From: an uncultured virus (IMG/VR IMGVR_UViG_3300027747_002439)
Lineage: Duplodnaviria; Heunggongvirae; Uroviricota; Caudoviricetes
Strand: one strand, 5' to 3'
Length of the DNA: 64,000 nt
IMG/VR virus record: IMGVR_UViG_3300027747_002439
Span: 1 to 64,000 of that record
Position numbers and translations under genes: made by a program. The notes beneath the pieces were generated by a model that was not told the DNA's origin, did not search any database, and was given only the letters and a program-made list of their open reading frames with translations. Every line of letters starts with the position of its first letter. Position 1 is the stretch's first letter. Below, piece after piece: positions 18,260 through 27,825 of the stretch.

Positions 18260-19114
18260 CCAGCGATCCTTATACGCCGCAGCTCTATCTTCCTTATCCT
18301 TTAGATACTCGTACCACCAACGCGATGCGCGTGCATTTTCTGATAGCGTCAGGATACCATAGATAGTTCTGTTATCTAAGTATTGTGTAATTTTCTTATC
18401 GCGCGCGGAGTTAGAAAAGACCATGTACTCCCAGCGGTCAGAATCCTCTAGGTATGAAAGCTCTGAAAGATACTCACGCTTAATGAGGTATGTGCAGTGA
18501 ACACACATGCACTCGACTATTCCTTTAACTCTTTGATCCAGTATGTGGTAGTAGCTATCGTTTGCCACGATTGAACCGTAGTCATCTACGATGTGATGGT
18601 AGTTAGCGTAATACTGTCCAAGGTGTCCTTCGCGCTCCTTGGCGGTTTCCTCGTCATCTACGTTATCACCAAACGCAACAGCATAGCGAATAAACGGAGC
18701 AACGATTGGCAGGTTAAGTTTAATAAGCTCGTTCAACGTCTCTGGGAAAATAAAGTTATCGACGTCAACTACAAAGTAGTATTCGCAGTTGGTTTCTAGA
18801 CACTCGTTAAAACTTTGCTGGCGAATCTTTGCAAGTACCCTAAAACGTTCGCCATTCCACTCGTGTTGCTTAAAGCGCTCGACAGCCTGCTCGACGTTTT
18901 CAGTCTCGTACTTGTAACCCTTATATAGATGCCCGTTCTTTTCAACCCAGTTATTTAAGATTTGAAGGGTATTATCGGTGTTGTTATTTGTGCGGATATA
19001 TAAAAATAATTTTTCCTTAGGGTAATCCCACGCCTCAAGCGACTCAAGAAATAGAGGTAGTACCGCTTCCTTTTGCTTTACAAGAAGTGCAACAAATACA
19101 TCAGGCTGTTCCAT
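18251..19114 (-). CDS. glycosyltransferase resembling the N-terminal GT domain of procollagen galactosyltransferase (COLGALT) or PLOD
   Basis: VALL....LP.FL..LE..DYPKE, NNNTDNT..IL..W, W..ERF.....RQ, VDVDN, IVAP, VHCTYLI, F...AR. Confidence 0.75.
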   Translation of the reverse strand: MEQPDVFVALLVKQKEAVLPLFLESLEAWDYPKEKLFLYIRTNNNTDNTLQILNNWVEKNGHLYKGYKYETENVEQAVERFKQHEWNGERFRVLAKIRQQSFNECLETNCEYYFVVDVDNFIFPETLNELIKLNLPIVAPFIRYAVAFGDNVDDEETAKEREGHLGQYYANYHHIVDDYGSIVANDSYYHILDQRVKGIVECMCVHCTYLIKREYLSELSYLEDSDRWEYMVFSNSARDKKITQYLDNRTIYGILTLSENARASRWWYEYLKDKEDRAAAYKDRWLQ

Positions 19115-20165
19115 TTAGTTGTGCCTCAATTCCTGCTCGATAAAATCTTAGGTTTGTCTTTAAACGTTCGTCGTCAGGGTTACCGGCAAGCGCTAACTCT
19201 CCATATTGTACAGCCTTATCTCTGTCACCTAAATAATGTGCAGATAGTCCGCGCATGTCGTCAAGTTGCCAACGCCATAGCGCCTCGGATGAAAGATAGT
19301 GATCTGTCTTAGCGCATGCGGCGACAAGCTTACATGTTTCCCAGACTCCGCCCCAGTCGCCGGAGTCGTAGTAGCAGCGAACTTTTTCGTAGTAATTTTC
19401 TCCACAAGGATCAATTTCAATTGCCTTGTCTGCCCAGGCGTGCGCTTCTTCCTTCTTGCCGATGTTGCGCAAAGCCTCCGACGCCCAACGACAGACTGCC
19501 GCGCGTTCGATATACCAGTCTTTACTAAACTCAGTTACCTTTTCAGCCGCGCTAATAACAAGTTCCCATTGTCTATAGAAGTAATACTCACGGCATAGGT
19601 AAACCCATATGCGGTGATCCTCGCCAAACTCTTTTGACGCGGCGACAAGCATAGGCAAGTATTGGCCGCGAGATTTTGTATCGTCAGGCTTGTGATACAT
19701 CTTAACTCCGTGAATTTGGCAGCTGATAGCTTCCGTATCAAGCGAAGGAACAAAAACCTCGTGAATTGGATATTTCCAATACATCTTGTGTCGTGAGTGA
19801 AGGCGGCAACCCCACCAAACGTGTCCGGTGTCAAACTCACACCAACCTTTTGTAGCTCCGTCTACCCACTGCTTCTTAACTTCCTCAAAGAAGTTCTCAT
19901 CTACGAGCTCGTCCATGTCTAAGCTCAAACAGACATCTATGTCGTTAGGCAGCAGACTTTGTGCGGTGTTACGGGCGACATCAAAGCGCCAAGGCTTGAC
20001 GCTAATCTCATAGACAGTCACGCCGTGCTCGCGTAGGATCTCAACGGTGCGGTCTGTGGATCCAGTGTCGCATACAAGGCGGAAGTCCGCACCCTTTGTA
20101 GTTTCAGCCCAGCGGGCAGCGTGTTTTTCTTCATTCAACGAGATGGCGTATGCGGCAACTTTCAT
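19101..20165 (-). CDS. GT2 glycosyltransferase with C-terminal TPR repeats (leaderless)
   Basis: NEE, DTGSTDRT, RFDVARN, LDMDE, PIHE; helical TPR-like C-terminus. Confidence 0.88.
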   Translation of the reverse strand: MKVAAYAISLNEEKHAARWAETTKGADFRLVCDTGSTDRTVEILREHGVTVYEISVKPWRFDVARNTAQSLLPNDIDVCLSLDMDELVDENFFEEVKKQWVDGATKGWCEFDTGHVWWGCRLHSRHKMYWKYPIHEVFVPSLDTEAISCQIHGVKMYHKPDDTKSRGQYLPMLVAASKEFGEDHRIWVYLCREYYFYRQWELVISAAEKVTEFSKDWYIERAAVCRWASEALRNIGKKEEAHAWADKAIEIDPCGENYYEKVRCYYDSGDWGGVWETCKLVAACAKTDHYLSSEALWRWQLDDMRGLSAHYLGDRDKAVQYGELALAGNPDDERLKTNLRFYRAGIEAQLNGTA

Positions 20166-20211
20166 GTGGATACCTTATCAAGAATATATTTAGAAAGTGT
20201 TCTTTTACTTA

Positions 20212-20689
20212 CTAAAACTTTGCTATAAATACGCCAGTAATGTCAAACTCTTTATGTTCAATGATTCCAGGGAAAGCCTGAAGAACTCTCTCGGTAGACC
20301 AATCTTCCTCGTGGTGGATCTCGTAAGGGTTTCCGCCCCACGCACCTTGCGGATGATGACCGATAGGTATAGAGATCATCGCGTGTCGAGCTTGCTTAGA
20401 AACAGCTTCCCCCGCCACCGCCTCCTCCAACAACAATAACTGACACATTTGCTGGACTTGAACTTGAGCCAACTGGTAAGGATGTGCTACCTGATGTAGT
20501 AAAGACTTGTTTAAGAGTTGGTGTAGTAGAGACTGTAGTCCATTCCAGACCTGTTGTAGATAAAGATGATGCGGTCAGTACTTGACCATCAGTGCCCACT
20601 GTAAGAGGAGCAGCAGTAGTAGACCCTGTTCTTACAACGAGGGCGCCTTTATCTCCACCAGTGGTTCCAGTTGCTCTTGCCTTTGTCAT
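20212..20689 (-). pseudogene. chimeric remnant: N-terminus of a glycine-rich fibre gene joined out of frame to the C-terminus of a probable methyltransferase
   Basis: Frame A stops just after IVVGGGGGGG; frame B continues with ISIPIGHHPQG...NPYE.H..DW and has no convincing start; junction at the G-run 20409-20413. Confidence 0.6.
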
Positions 20690-20798
20690 CTATCTATGTC
20701 CTTTACTATGTTTTTATTGCGCTTTTTATAAGACCATTCTCTCATTGTTATGGGGTTTTGTAGGTGTAAATATACCACATTTTTTTTGCGTTAAAAAC

Positions 20799-21458
20799 CT
20801 AAAATGACTCTGTTTTCCATGCTTTATAAGCCGGTCCAAATATACTTCCATTTCCCGCACGATAATGTTGTATGGACTCTTTATGAATAATGTAAGAGTT
20901 CGCACCTAAAAACTCTTGTACGCCCTCTTTAGTTTTTTCTAACGTTTTTAATATTGAATTTGTAAAAATTATGTACCCAACCTCATTTATTTCGTAATCA
21001 ACTACGCTTTTATACGTTATATTTTCATAGTACTTGTTTTTAATGCTAATTAAAAGCTCTTTTAAAAAAATACTAGATGATTCTGATGCAAAAATAGACT
21101 GTGTATATCCCCATATATTAGGTTCGCTAGAAACAACAAATTTTGAATCTGTTTTTAACCAACTTTCTATTGGTTTTTTACAAATCATATCAAGATCAGT
21201 ATATAAACCCCCATTTATATAAAGGCACATATACCTCCATAGATCTGACCTTAATACGTCTAATTTATAGGAGGTGTATATATTTTTCCACTCTTCACCA
21301 AAATGCTCTTCTACAAATATGGCTCTTTCTTTTCCAGAAACATATTTAAATTCCCAATCTGGATTTAAAGATTTCCAAGATTCAACACACTCTTTAGCCT
21401 TATCTGGAAGCTCGTCATATTCAGACTCATATGTTTGCCAAATTATTTTATTTATCAT
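20799..21458 (-). CDS. GT32 (OCH1-like, DxD) glycosyltransferase
   Basis: KIIWQT, SW...NPDW, RSDLWRY, GGLYTDLD. Confidence 0.9.
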   Translation of the reverse strand: MINKIIWQTYESEYDELPDKAKECVESWKSLNPDWEFKYVSGKERAIFVEEHFGEEWKNIYTSYKLDVLRSDLWRYMCLYINGGLYTDLDMICKKPIESWLKTDSKFVVSSEPNIWGYTQSIFASESSSIFLKELLISIKNKYYENITYKSVVDYEINEVGYIIFTNSILKTLEKTKEGVQEFLGANSYIIHKESIQHYRAGNGSIFGPAYKAWKTESF

Positions 21459-21460
21459 TT

Positions 21461-22447
21461 TTAAATACTTGAACTTAATGGCGGTGTTACGCCTTCATCC
21501 CACACAGCCCTAAAGCACTCTTTGCATACACCCTCATATGCTTTTTGAATTGCATTTTTTCTTTCTTGACTATTCCAAATATCTTTAATTGTTCTATTAT
21601 TTATGTTTTCATACACTGTTTCATAATTAAAATCTGCACAACACAAATAAACGTTTCCTGTAGCAGAAATAAATAATTCTTCTTCTGTGTAGTTAAATCC
21701 ACACCCAATAACTTTTCCATGCTGTTGGGTTTTAATTGCTGCTTGGTTTGAGATGACTTTTAAGCTAGAGAGAATGTTTGTTCTATCAGATAAATTGTTT
21801 CTTAAAAAAACCATAATGTTTGGAAACATTGATTGCATTGTATTCACTATTTTTTTATGCTCTTCATCGCTATAAAATGGAGCATTTTCCAAAACTTCCA
21901 TCCATCCACCATTTTCAAACTTAGCTTCTGGACTAATTCCATTAACTAATATCATTAATTTTTTTCCGCTAAAAGTTTGATACAAGGTGTCATTTGCGTA
22001 TTGCAAATTGGCAATTAACTTATCAAAAATTTTTGGATTAAATCCCGTAAACCTTGACCACTGTTCTCGTTCTATAGAAGGAACATTTAAAATAATATCT
22101 GTTACAACATCTCGATAATCATTTATCAAATCTGATTTGTTCGGCGTCAAATTAACACCGTTTGAAAATAAATACATTTTAATGTTGTATTTACGATGAA
22201 GGGCAAGCATCTCTTCAAAATGAGGGTATAAAAGAGTTTCATTATAATGAATTGGGTTATTATATATTTCAATATTGTCGGCAACAAAATCTCCGCGACC
22301 TTCATCAATTTGCTTAAGGATACTTTCCATAGTTTCTATGGTCATAGTTCCCCGATTTTCTTTTGGATTGCCCAAATATGCTACTGGGCAAAACCAACAT
22401 TTTGCGTTGCATAATCCATTTGGGTCTATGTTTATGTGCCTAATCAT
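21461..22447 (-). CDS. radical SAM protein with SPASM/twitch domain
   Basis: CNAKCWFC; GNVYLCC..D...IW...CKEC. Confidence 0.9.
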   Translation of the reverse strand: MIRHINIDPNGLCNAKCWFCPVAYLGNPKENRGTMTIETMESILKQIDEGRGDFVADNIEIYNNPIHYNETLLYPHFEEMLALHRKYNIKMYLFSNGVNLTPNKSDLINDYRDVVTDIILNVPSIEREQWSRFTGFNPKIFDKLIANLQYANDTLYQTFSGKKLMILVNGISPEAKFENGGWMEVLENAPFYSDEEHKKIVNTMQSMFPNIMVFLRNNLSDRTNILSSLKVISNQAAIKTQQHGKVIGCGFNYTEEELFISATGNVYLCCADFNYETVYENINNRTIKDIWNSQERKNAIQKAYEGVCKECFRAVWDEGVTPPLSSSI

Positions 22448-23336
22448 TATTAGAAATCCATTCTTTAAGACCCACTTGTGGAGACCAGTTTAATACAGAT
22501 TTTGCTTTTTCTATGTTGGAAAGAGTCTCTTTTGCCTCCGTTGGACGCGGTTTAGTGTAAATAACGTTGTGATTAAACATGCTAGCAACTTCATTAATTG
22601 AGTAGTTTACTCCACTACCAATGTTAAATACTTGTCCCAAAAATGTGGGGTCTACATCTTTTGTTGCAGCTAAAATATTGGCGTTAACTACATCTTTAAC
22701 ATACGTAAAGTCACGGCGTTGTTCACCATCCCCTACAATAGTAAGCGGCATCTTAATTTCTTTTTGTCTTTTAAACGTACCAACAACGGGCGCATAAATA
22801 CCCTTTACTGGTTGGCGTTCTCCATAGACATTAAAATAACGTAAAGAAATAGTTTCTAAACCGTGGTGATTTGTATAAAAGCGGCATAGATCCTCACCGT
22901 TTACTTTAGAAATAGAATAGGGGTTTAAACAATCGTTAGGTTGAGTCTCCACATTGGGCACTAGGTTTTTTCCATAAGCGGAAGAAGTAGACGAATAAAC
23001 AACCCTTTTTACGCCCGCTTCTTTTGCACATTCTAAAACAGTTGCTGTTCCCAAAGAGTTTACACGTATAGTTTCAAGAGGTTCATTTATCGTTCTTTGA
23101 ATACGAGCTTGGGCAGCAAAATGAAACACGTAATCTGCCTTAAAATAAAGTCCTTTGGTTTGATCGTAATCGCATATGTCTAATACGTGGTTTTCAGCCT
23201 TTGAGTTCCAATAAAACTTTTCATTAGAAACAGCCGATTCATTGTCTATGACCACTACTTCGTGACCCTGACTTATAAGCGCATCTACTAAATTAGAGCC
23301 TATAAATCCAGCTCCGCCTGTAACCAGTGCTCTCAT
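22440..23336 (-). CDS. NAD-dependent nucleotide-sugar epimerase/dehydratase
   Basis: VTGGAGFIGS, YSISK, LRYFNVYG, RDFTYVKD. Confidence 0.95.
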   Translation of the reverse strand: MRALVTGGAGFIGSNLVDALISQGHEVVVIDNESAVSNEKFYWNSKAENHVLDICDYDQTKGLYFKADYVFHFAAQARIQRTINEPLETIRVNSLGTATVLECAKEAGVKRVVYSSTSSAYGKNLVPNVETQPNDCLNPYSISKVNGEDLCRFYTNHHGLETISLRYFNVYGERQPVKGIYAPVVGTFKRQKEIKMPLTIVGDGEQRRDFTYVKDVVNANILAATKDVDPTFLGQVFNIGSGVNYSINEVASMFNHNVIYTKPRPTEAKETLSNIEKAKSVLNWSPQVGLKEWISNND

Positions 23337-23343
23337 ATTGCTC

Positions 23344-24183
23344 CTAATAATATTTTTCTATATTAATATTTTTTTTATTTAATTTTACAAGGATATTAGA
23401 ATACGCTTTATCAAACTCTTCCCACGAATTAAGTTTTTTCCATTCACCAATTGACATGCTATTTTTATTAATGTTTTTAGCAAAATATTTTTTTAATCTT
23501 TCTTCATTATTTATATTTAAAAACTTTAATATTTTACCCTGTTCAAAAATTGATTGTTTTTCAACAAAATCTTCTAATCGTACGTTTATGTATTGCTCTT
23601 TATTTATCTGGTTTAATGACTCAAAAGACTGTGTAATCCTATCGTACCACCAATCAAGGCAGTCAAATTCATTTTTAGACCCCTCTACAGAAAAGTAGTC
23701 TCTCATTTTATAGATAGAATAGGCAGAGTCTCTGCCATCTCTAAACATATGAATAAACTTAGAATCTGGCATTATTTGAGTTATTCTGTGAGAATACCTT
23801 ATATTTGATGGGGTTGAGTCACCTATATATAAAGATCCTTGCTTAAACCCCTTTTGTTTTATAATAAGATTAAAATAAAAATTTTTAATTGTTTCTTCAG
23901 TTATATTTGCATTTATTTTTTTTAAGTCGTCAAAGAGTTCTTCAATATCTATAAAATTTTGTAACCCTATAGTTTTATTAGTTCCATACTTCCATGTTTT
24001 TTCAAAGTATGTGTTAAAGGTAGAAATATTTTTTGTTTCAAATAAATCTAAAAGGCCGTGTTTTTCTGTTAGAACTCTTATTTCTATTGGGTTACTTGCA
24101 TAAATTTTTGAATGGCTTCCTAAATACTCTAAGCAAACAGTTGTTCCACTTCTTCCTGTTCCACCAACAAAAAGTGGGATCAT
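23344..24183 (-). CDS. PAPS-dependent sulfotransferase
   Basis: GTGRSGTT (5'-PSB), RDGRD...S (3'-PB), RLED. Confidence 0.88.
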   Translation of the reverse strand: MIPLFVGGTGRSGTTVCLEYLGSHSKIYASNPIEIRVLTEKHGLLDLFETKNISTFNTYFEKTWKYGTNKTIGLQNFIDIEELFDDLKKINANITEETIKNFYFNLIIKQKGFKQGSLYIGDSTPSNIRYSHRITQIMPDSKFIHMFRDGRDSAYSIYKMRDYFSVEGSKNEFDCLDWWYDRITQSFESLNQINKEQYINVRLEDFVEKQSIFEQGKILKFLNINNEERLKKYFAKNINKNSMSIGEWKKLNSWEEFDKAYSNILVKLNKKNINIEKYY

Positions 24184-24899
24184 TTTTCAAAAAAGCTTCT
24201 ATAAAAATTGTTTGTTTTTGACATGCCATTTATTTCATTAAAAAACTTTTCCCTGTACACTACTCTTAAATCGTCATCGTATCTTAAAATCATATTATCA
24301 TCAGTAACTTCTGCATAATATAAAACCTTATCTAACCTTCTCCAAGTAAATGGATTTTGTTTACAGTAGCGCACTACTCTTTGCCAGTAGTCTTCGTCAC
24401 CACTGTACTCTGTATTATCAAAATAACCAAATATTTCAAAAGCTTTTTTGCTAAAAAATCCGTGGGCTATATTTATCATTGGTGTAAAAGGTGGGTTGTA
24501 CCATTCTGGTGGAGGATTTCCTATTCTTATTTCTAAATCTTGAACGTTTAAAATATTTTCATCTTCATTAAAAACATTTAAAATTTCTTCAAACCTTGTT
24601 GGTTGTGAAAAGTCATCGGCATCGTGAGTTGTATAAATGTCGTAATCTTCTGTTTCCATAAAACGTATTCCAAGATTTTTACTATAAAAACACCCTTTAT
24701 TTTTTTCATTGCTTATAACACGAACTCTTGGATCGTATAAAAATTTATTTGCTTCTTCTAAAGAGTTATCTGAAGAGTTATCGTTGATTATAACTAAAGA
24801 AAAGTTTTCATGTGTTTGCTCAAGGATGCTATGAACAGCCCGTTTTAATAAACGAGCTTCGTTGTACACAGGTAATGAGACTAATATTTTTTTTGTCAT
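24180..24899 (-). CDS. GT2 glycosyltransferase
   Basis: LPVYN, INDNSSDNS, HDADD, D.DY. Confidence 0.9.
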   Translation of the reverse strand: MTKKILVSLPVYNEARLLKRAVHSILEQTHENFSLVIINDNSSDNSLEEANKFLYDPRVRVISNEKNKGCFYSKNLGIRFMETEDYDIYTTHDADDFSQPTRFEEILNVFNEDENILNVQDLEIRIGNPPPEWYNPPFTPMINIAHGFFSKKAFEIFGYFDNTEYSGDEDYWQRVVRYCKQNPFTWRRLDKVLYYAEVTDDNMILRYDDDLRVVYREKFFNEINGMSKTNNFYRSFFEK

Positions 24900-25567
24900 A
24901 TGCTGTATCCTAAATTTTCAAACTCCCATTGCCAACTATCTTGAATCATGTTTAAGTGGCTTTGATTAAAAACATCTGTGTATACAATATTAGTTGGCCT
25001 AAACGCTTTTTCTCTTATTTTTAATTGTATTTTTGGTAAATTGTGTAAGGGCAAAACTGCGTTAATTTCGTCTTCTATTCCGTTTTCATAGTATAGTATT
25101 TTATTAACAGCAAGGCTTCCGTCATAGTGCAGGTATATGTTTTTTGAGCTTCTGTACCAAATCCACCCTAAATCGTCATTAAAGTATCTGTCGACCAAGT
25201 TTTGCCGTTCTTCTTTTTCTAGCGTGTTCCAAATAAAATTTTTTTGAATAAAGTATAATCTATGAAAAAAATCAGACAAAACTGCTTTATAGGGGTGTCG
25301 AACAAATACATAGGCATTGGCTTTACTTAAATCAAGTTTGTTTGCAATATCCACATAAGGGATGTGGTTATAAAAACCAATTTCATAATTGCGAGGTTTA
25401 TACCCAGCAATTTTAGGCTCATCTAATTTCCATGCTGGATTATCCGAAGTCTTTGGGGTTACTATTGCATTATCTGGAACAATCATAGAAAGAGGAACTT
25501 CAAGAGAAGTGCCACCTACTTTATGGTTTTTTAATAGAAGAAAATTATGGTCGGGGGAGTAAATCAC
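24896..25567 (-). CDS. sulfotransferase family 2 (HNK-1/chondroitin sulfotransferase-like)
   Basis: KNHKVGGTS, FVRHPY...S, YYEN, FENLGY. Confidence 0.8.
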   Translation of the reverse strand: MIYSPDHNFLLLKNHKVGGTSLEVPLSMIVPDNAIVTPKTSDNPAWKLDEPKIAGYKPRNYEIGFYNHIPYVDIANKLDLSKANAYVFVRHPYKAVLSDFFHRLYFIQKNFIWNTLEKEERQNLVDRYFNDDLGWIWYRSSKNIYLHYDGSLAVNKILYYENGIEDEINAVLPLHNLPKIQLKIREKAFRPTNIVYTDVFNQSHLNMIQDSWQWEFENLGYSI

Positions 25568-25893
25568 TCTCTACCCCATTTAATTTTGTTCCAAACCCTT
25601 TCGTGATAATAATAAAGAACAATTTTAACCACTAACTCAATACCTGAAGCAATAAGAGCTAGTTTAGCTTTATGCGTTAGTTCATAAATAATTATAAAAG
25701 AAATTAAATTGCCAAAAAATCTCCAACTAACTGCTTTAGCAAGTGATCGAGCATGGGATGCCCAAAAAATTGAGTTTACTTTTGTCGGCTGTGACCATAA
25801 TCTTTCTTCTGCTTTACCAATATTTTCCATTCCAACCCACCAATATTTAAATGCCGAGCTGCTTGCGTTTTTCAGTTGCTGAAATGGCTTCAA
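25564..25893 (-). CDS. DUF2061 membrane protein
   Basis: RSLAKAVSWR and K.VLYYYHERVW..I.WG. Confidence 0.85.
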   Translation of the reverse strand: MKPFQQLKNASSSAFKYWWVGMENIGKAEERLWSQPTKVNSIFWASHARSLAKAVSWRFFGNLISFIIIYELTHKAKLALIASGIELVVKIVLYYYHERVWNKIKWGRE

Positions 25894-26599
25894 TGTCTGC
25901 TCCTAACGATACTTGTTCAATTTTATAACCAACATCTCTACCATACACAATGTTAGTAATGTTAGGCATTTTTACTATCATTGCGCGTGTCATGTGAGGG
26001 TCTTGGGAAATGTAGTCTTTTACTTCATCAAAAGAAAGTGGGTCTTTAGGACTTGTTCCCTGAGTATTGCGAACACCAAGCATTACCTGCCCCGTGCGCT
26101 TTTTTGCCTCGTTATAAAGCGCGTGATGCCCTTCGTGCCAAGGTTGGTATCGACCTAGCATAAGAGTAGTTGGTTCTTTCCAATCGTATAACCCAGATTG
26201 GTTAATGATTGCATCTGTTTGACCCTCTGCGTCATAGCTCATCCAACGATAATCAAATTCAATTGGGTCTTCCCACAGTTTATTAGTGTCTTCAAAACGA
26301 CCTTCTTGAATTGTGTTCATCCATATAAGAATATCTGGTTTTCCAAACGATTGGCGAGTTGTTTGTGTTGGGCATACAAAATCAACTACAACATCTAACC
26401 CTTGACCAGAAAGCATACGAGCCATTTCACCCATACGCCGAGCATGCTCAATTCTATCTTCGACAGTAAAGCCTAAGTCTGAATTAACAGTAGAGCGAAC
26501 ATAATCTGCATTTAAATGAACAGCATTGATTCTATCTGATAGTTCAATGGCAAGGGTTGTCTTGCCACTGCCTGGTAATCCTATAATCTGAACAATCAT
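25847..26599 (-). CDS. cysC: adenylylsulfate (APS) kinase fused to an HxGH nucleotidyltransferase domain
   Basis: GLPGSGKTT, D.VR, DLGFT.EDR.E.ARR; C-terminal GRYQPWHEGH...RDVGY. Confidence 0.85.
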   Translation of the reverse strand: MIVQIIGLPGSGKTTLAIELSDRINAVHLNADYVRSTVNSDLGFTVEDRIEHARRMGEMARMLSGQGLDVVVDFVCPTQTTRQSFGKPDILIWMNTIQEGRFEDTNKLWEDPIEFDYRWMSYDAEGQTDAIINQSGLYDWKEPTTLMLGRYQPWHEGHHALYNEAKKRTGQVMLGVRNTQGTSPKDPLSFDEVKDYISQDPHMTRAMIVKMPNITNIVYGRDVGYKIEQVSLGADIEAISATEKRKQLGI

Positions 26600-26600
26600 G

Positions 26601-27080
26601 TTATCCCCTTTTTTTATTTTTCCAGTCTATTACAAAATACTTATCAAAGTTTTCTTTTAAAAACTTTAAGTGTTCTTTAGTAGAAGCAATTTGAAAATCT
26701 TTGTCTTTAAGTTCTCTCATAAATGGACAATAAATTCTACCTTGTTTCATACATGTAATATGAAACGGGTAAAAATCTGAGGGAACATAATCACTGGTTG
26801 ATTTAAATACTGCTGTTTCAATCTTCCGCCTAATAGATGTTTCTTCTTCATCTATCTTAATACCGCAAAACGGACAAAGGTTTTCTTTAACTGCCCTTTC
26901 TTCGTTTTCAATGTTAAGGCGAATAACACTACCTTCTGGCAAACCTGGCATAGATTGAAATGGAACTGGTGATTTTTTATAAACAAACCTTTTGTTATTT
27001 CTAAACCAATCTTTTGATTGAGTAAAGAAAAAAGGTCTAGGCAAGCCTATAAAATTAATAACCTTTTCAGACCAAAGCAT
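26601..27080 (-). CDS. hypothetical protein with Cys motifs
   Basis: CPFCG...H..C......CPF. Confidence 0.7.
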   Translation of the reverse strand: MLWSEKVINFIGLPRPFFFTQSKDWFRNNKRFVYKKSPVPFQSMPGLPEGSVIRLNIENEERAVKENLCPFCGIKIDEEETSIRRKIETAVFKSTSDYVPSDFYPFHITCMKQGRIYCPFMRELKDKDFQIASTKEHLKFLKENFDKYFVIDWKNKKRG

Positions 27081-27274
27081 TATTCTGCTACTGGTGCCTC
27101 AACTACTGGTGCATGAATAAATGTTGTACCATCCCATGTATCGCCTATGTGTGCTGGTGTTTCAGGCTTTACTTCAACACAATAACTAGAAGTAACTTGT
27201 TCTGCTATTTCTAATGTGTTTGCAACAATAACATTTTCTACTACATTATCTTTTAAAACTGCAAATGTTTTCAT
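27080..27274 (-). CDS. small fibre-associated protein
   Basis: FAV...VVENVIVA...IGDTWDG; follows a glycine-rich gene. Confidence 0.75.
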   Translation of the reverse strand: MKTFAVLKDNVVENVIVANTLEIAEQVTSSYCVEVKPETPAHIGDTWDGTTFIHAPVVEAPVAE

Positions 27275-27282
27275 TTTTCTCC

Positions 27283-27825
27283 TTAGTATGCGTAAATATA
27301 AATAGTTGCTTGTGTCCCTATGCCGCCTTGAGCATTTCCATAGCCACCAGAACCACCAGTAGTAACATTTGAACTAGATGTTGTTGCTGAAGAAGCACGA
27401 GTCAATGTTGATGCACCAGGGTTAACTGTTGGTAAACTTGTTTGCGCAGACAATGATGCACCTGGGTTATTGTTTCCACCCCTACCACCAACAACAGTAA
27501 TGGCATTGTCAAATGATGAAGTACCACCATTACCGCCTGCTGCGTTGGTACTGGTTCCGCTTCTAGGACCTGCTGCGCCAACAACAACGGAACATCCAAC
27601 ACCAGGTGCTACCTGAACATAGCCAGCGCCCCAAATTCCATTTTGACCAGAGGTACCCGTGTATTGGCCATAACGCTCAGGACCGCCTGCTGCGCCGCCG
27701 CCTGATGAACCTTGAATTGCTACATAAACTAGATTGCAACCAGCAGGTGGGGTGAAAGTTCCTGATGAAGTGAAAGTAGCAAGATGCCGTAACTTTGAAT
27801 TTGATTGTAATTGATTTGTAGCCAT
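27283..27825 (-). CDS. glycine-rich virion protein
   Basis: TFTSSGTFTPP and GGG motifs. Confidence 0.75.
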   Translation of the reverse strand: MATNQLQSNSKLRHLATFTSSGTFTPPAGCNLVYVAIQGSSGGGAAGGPERYGQYTGTSGQNGIWGAGYVQVAPGVGCSVVVGAAGPRSGTSTNAAGGNGGTSSFDNAITVVGGRGGNNNPGASLSAQTSLPTVNPGASTLTRASSATTSSSNVTTGGSGGYGNAQGGIGTQATIYIYAY

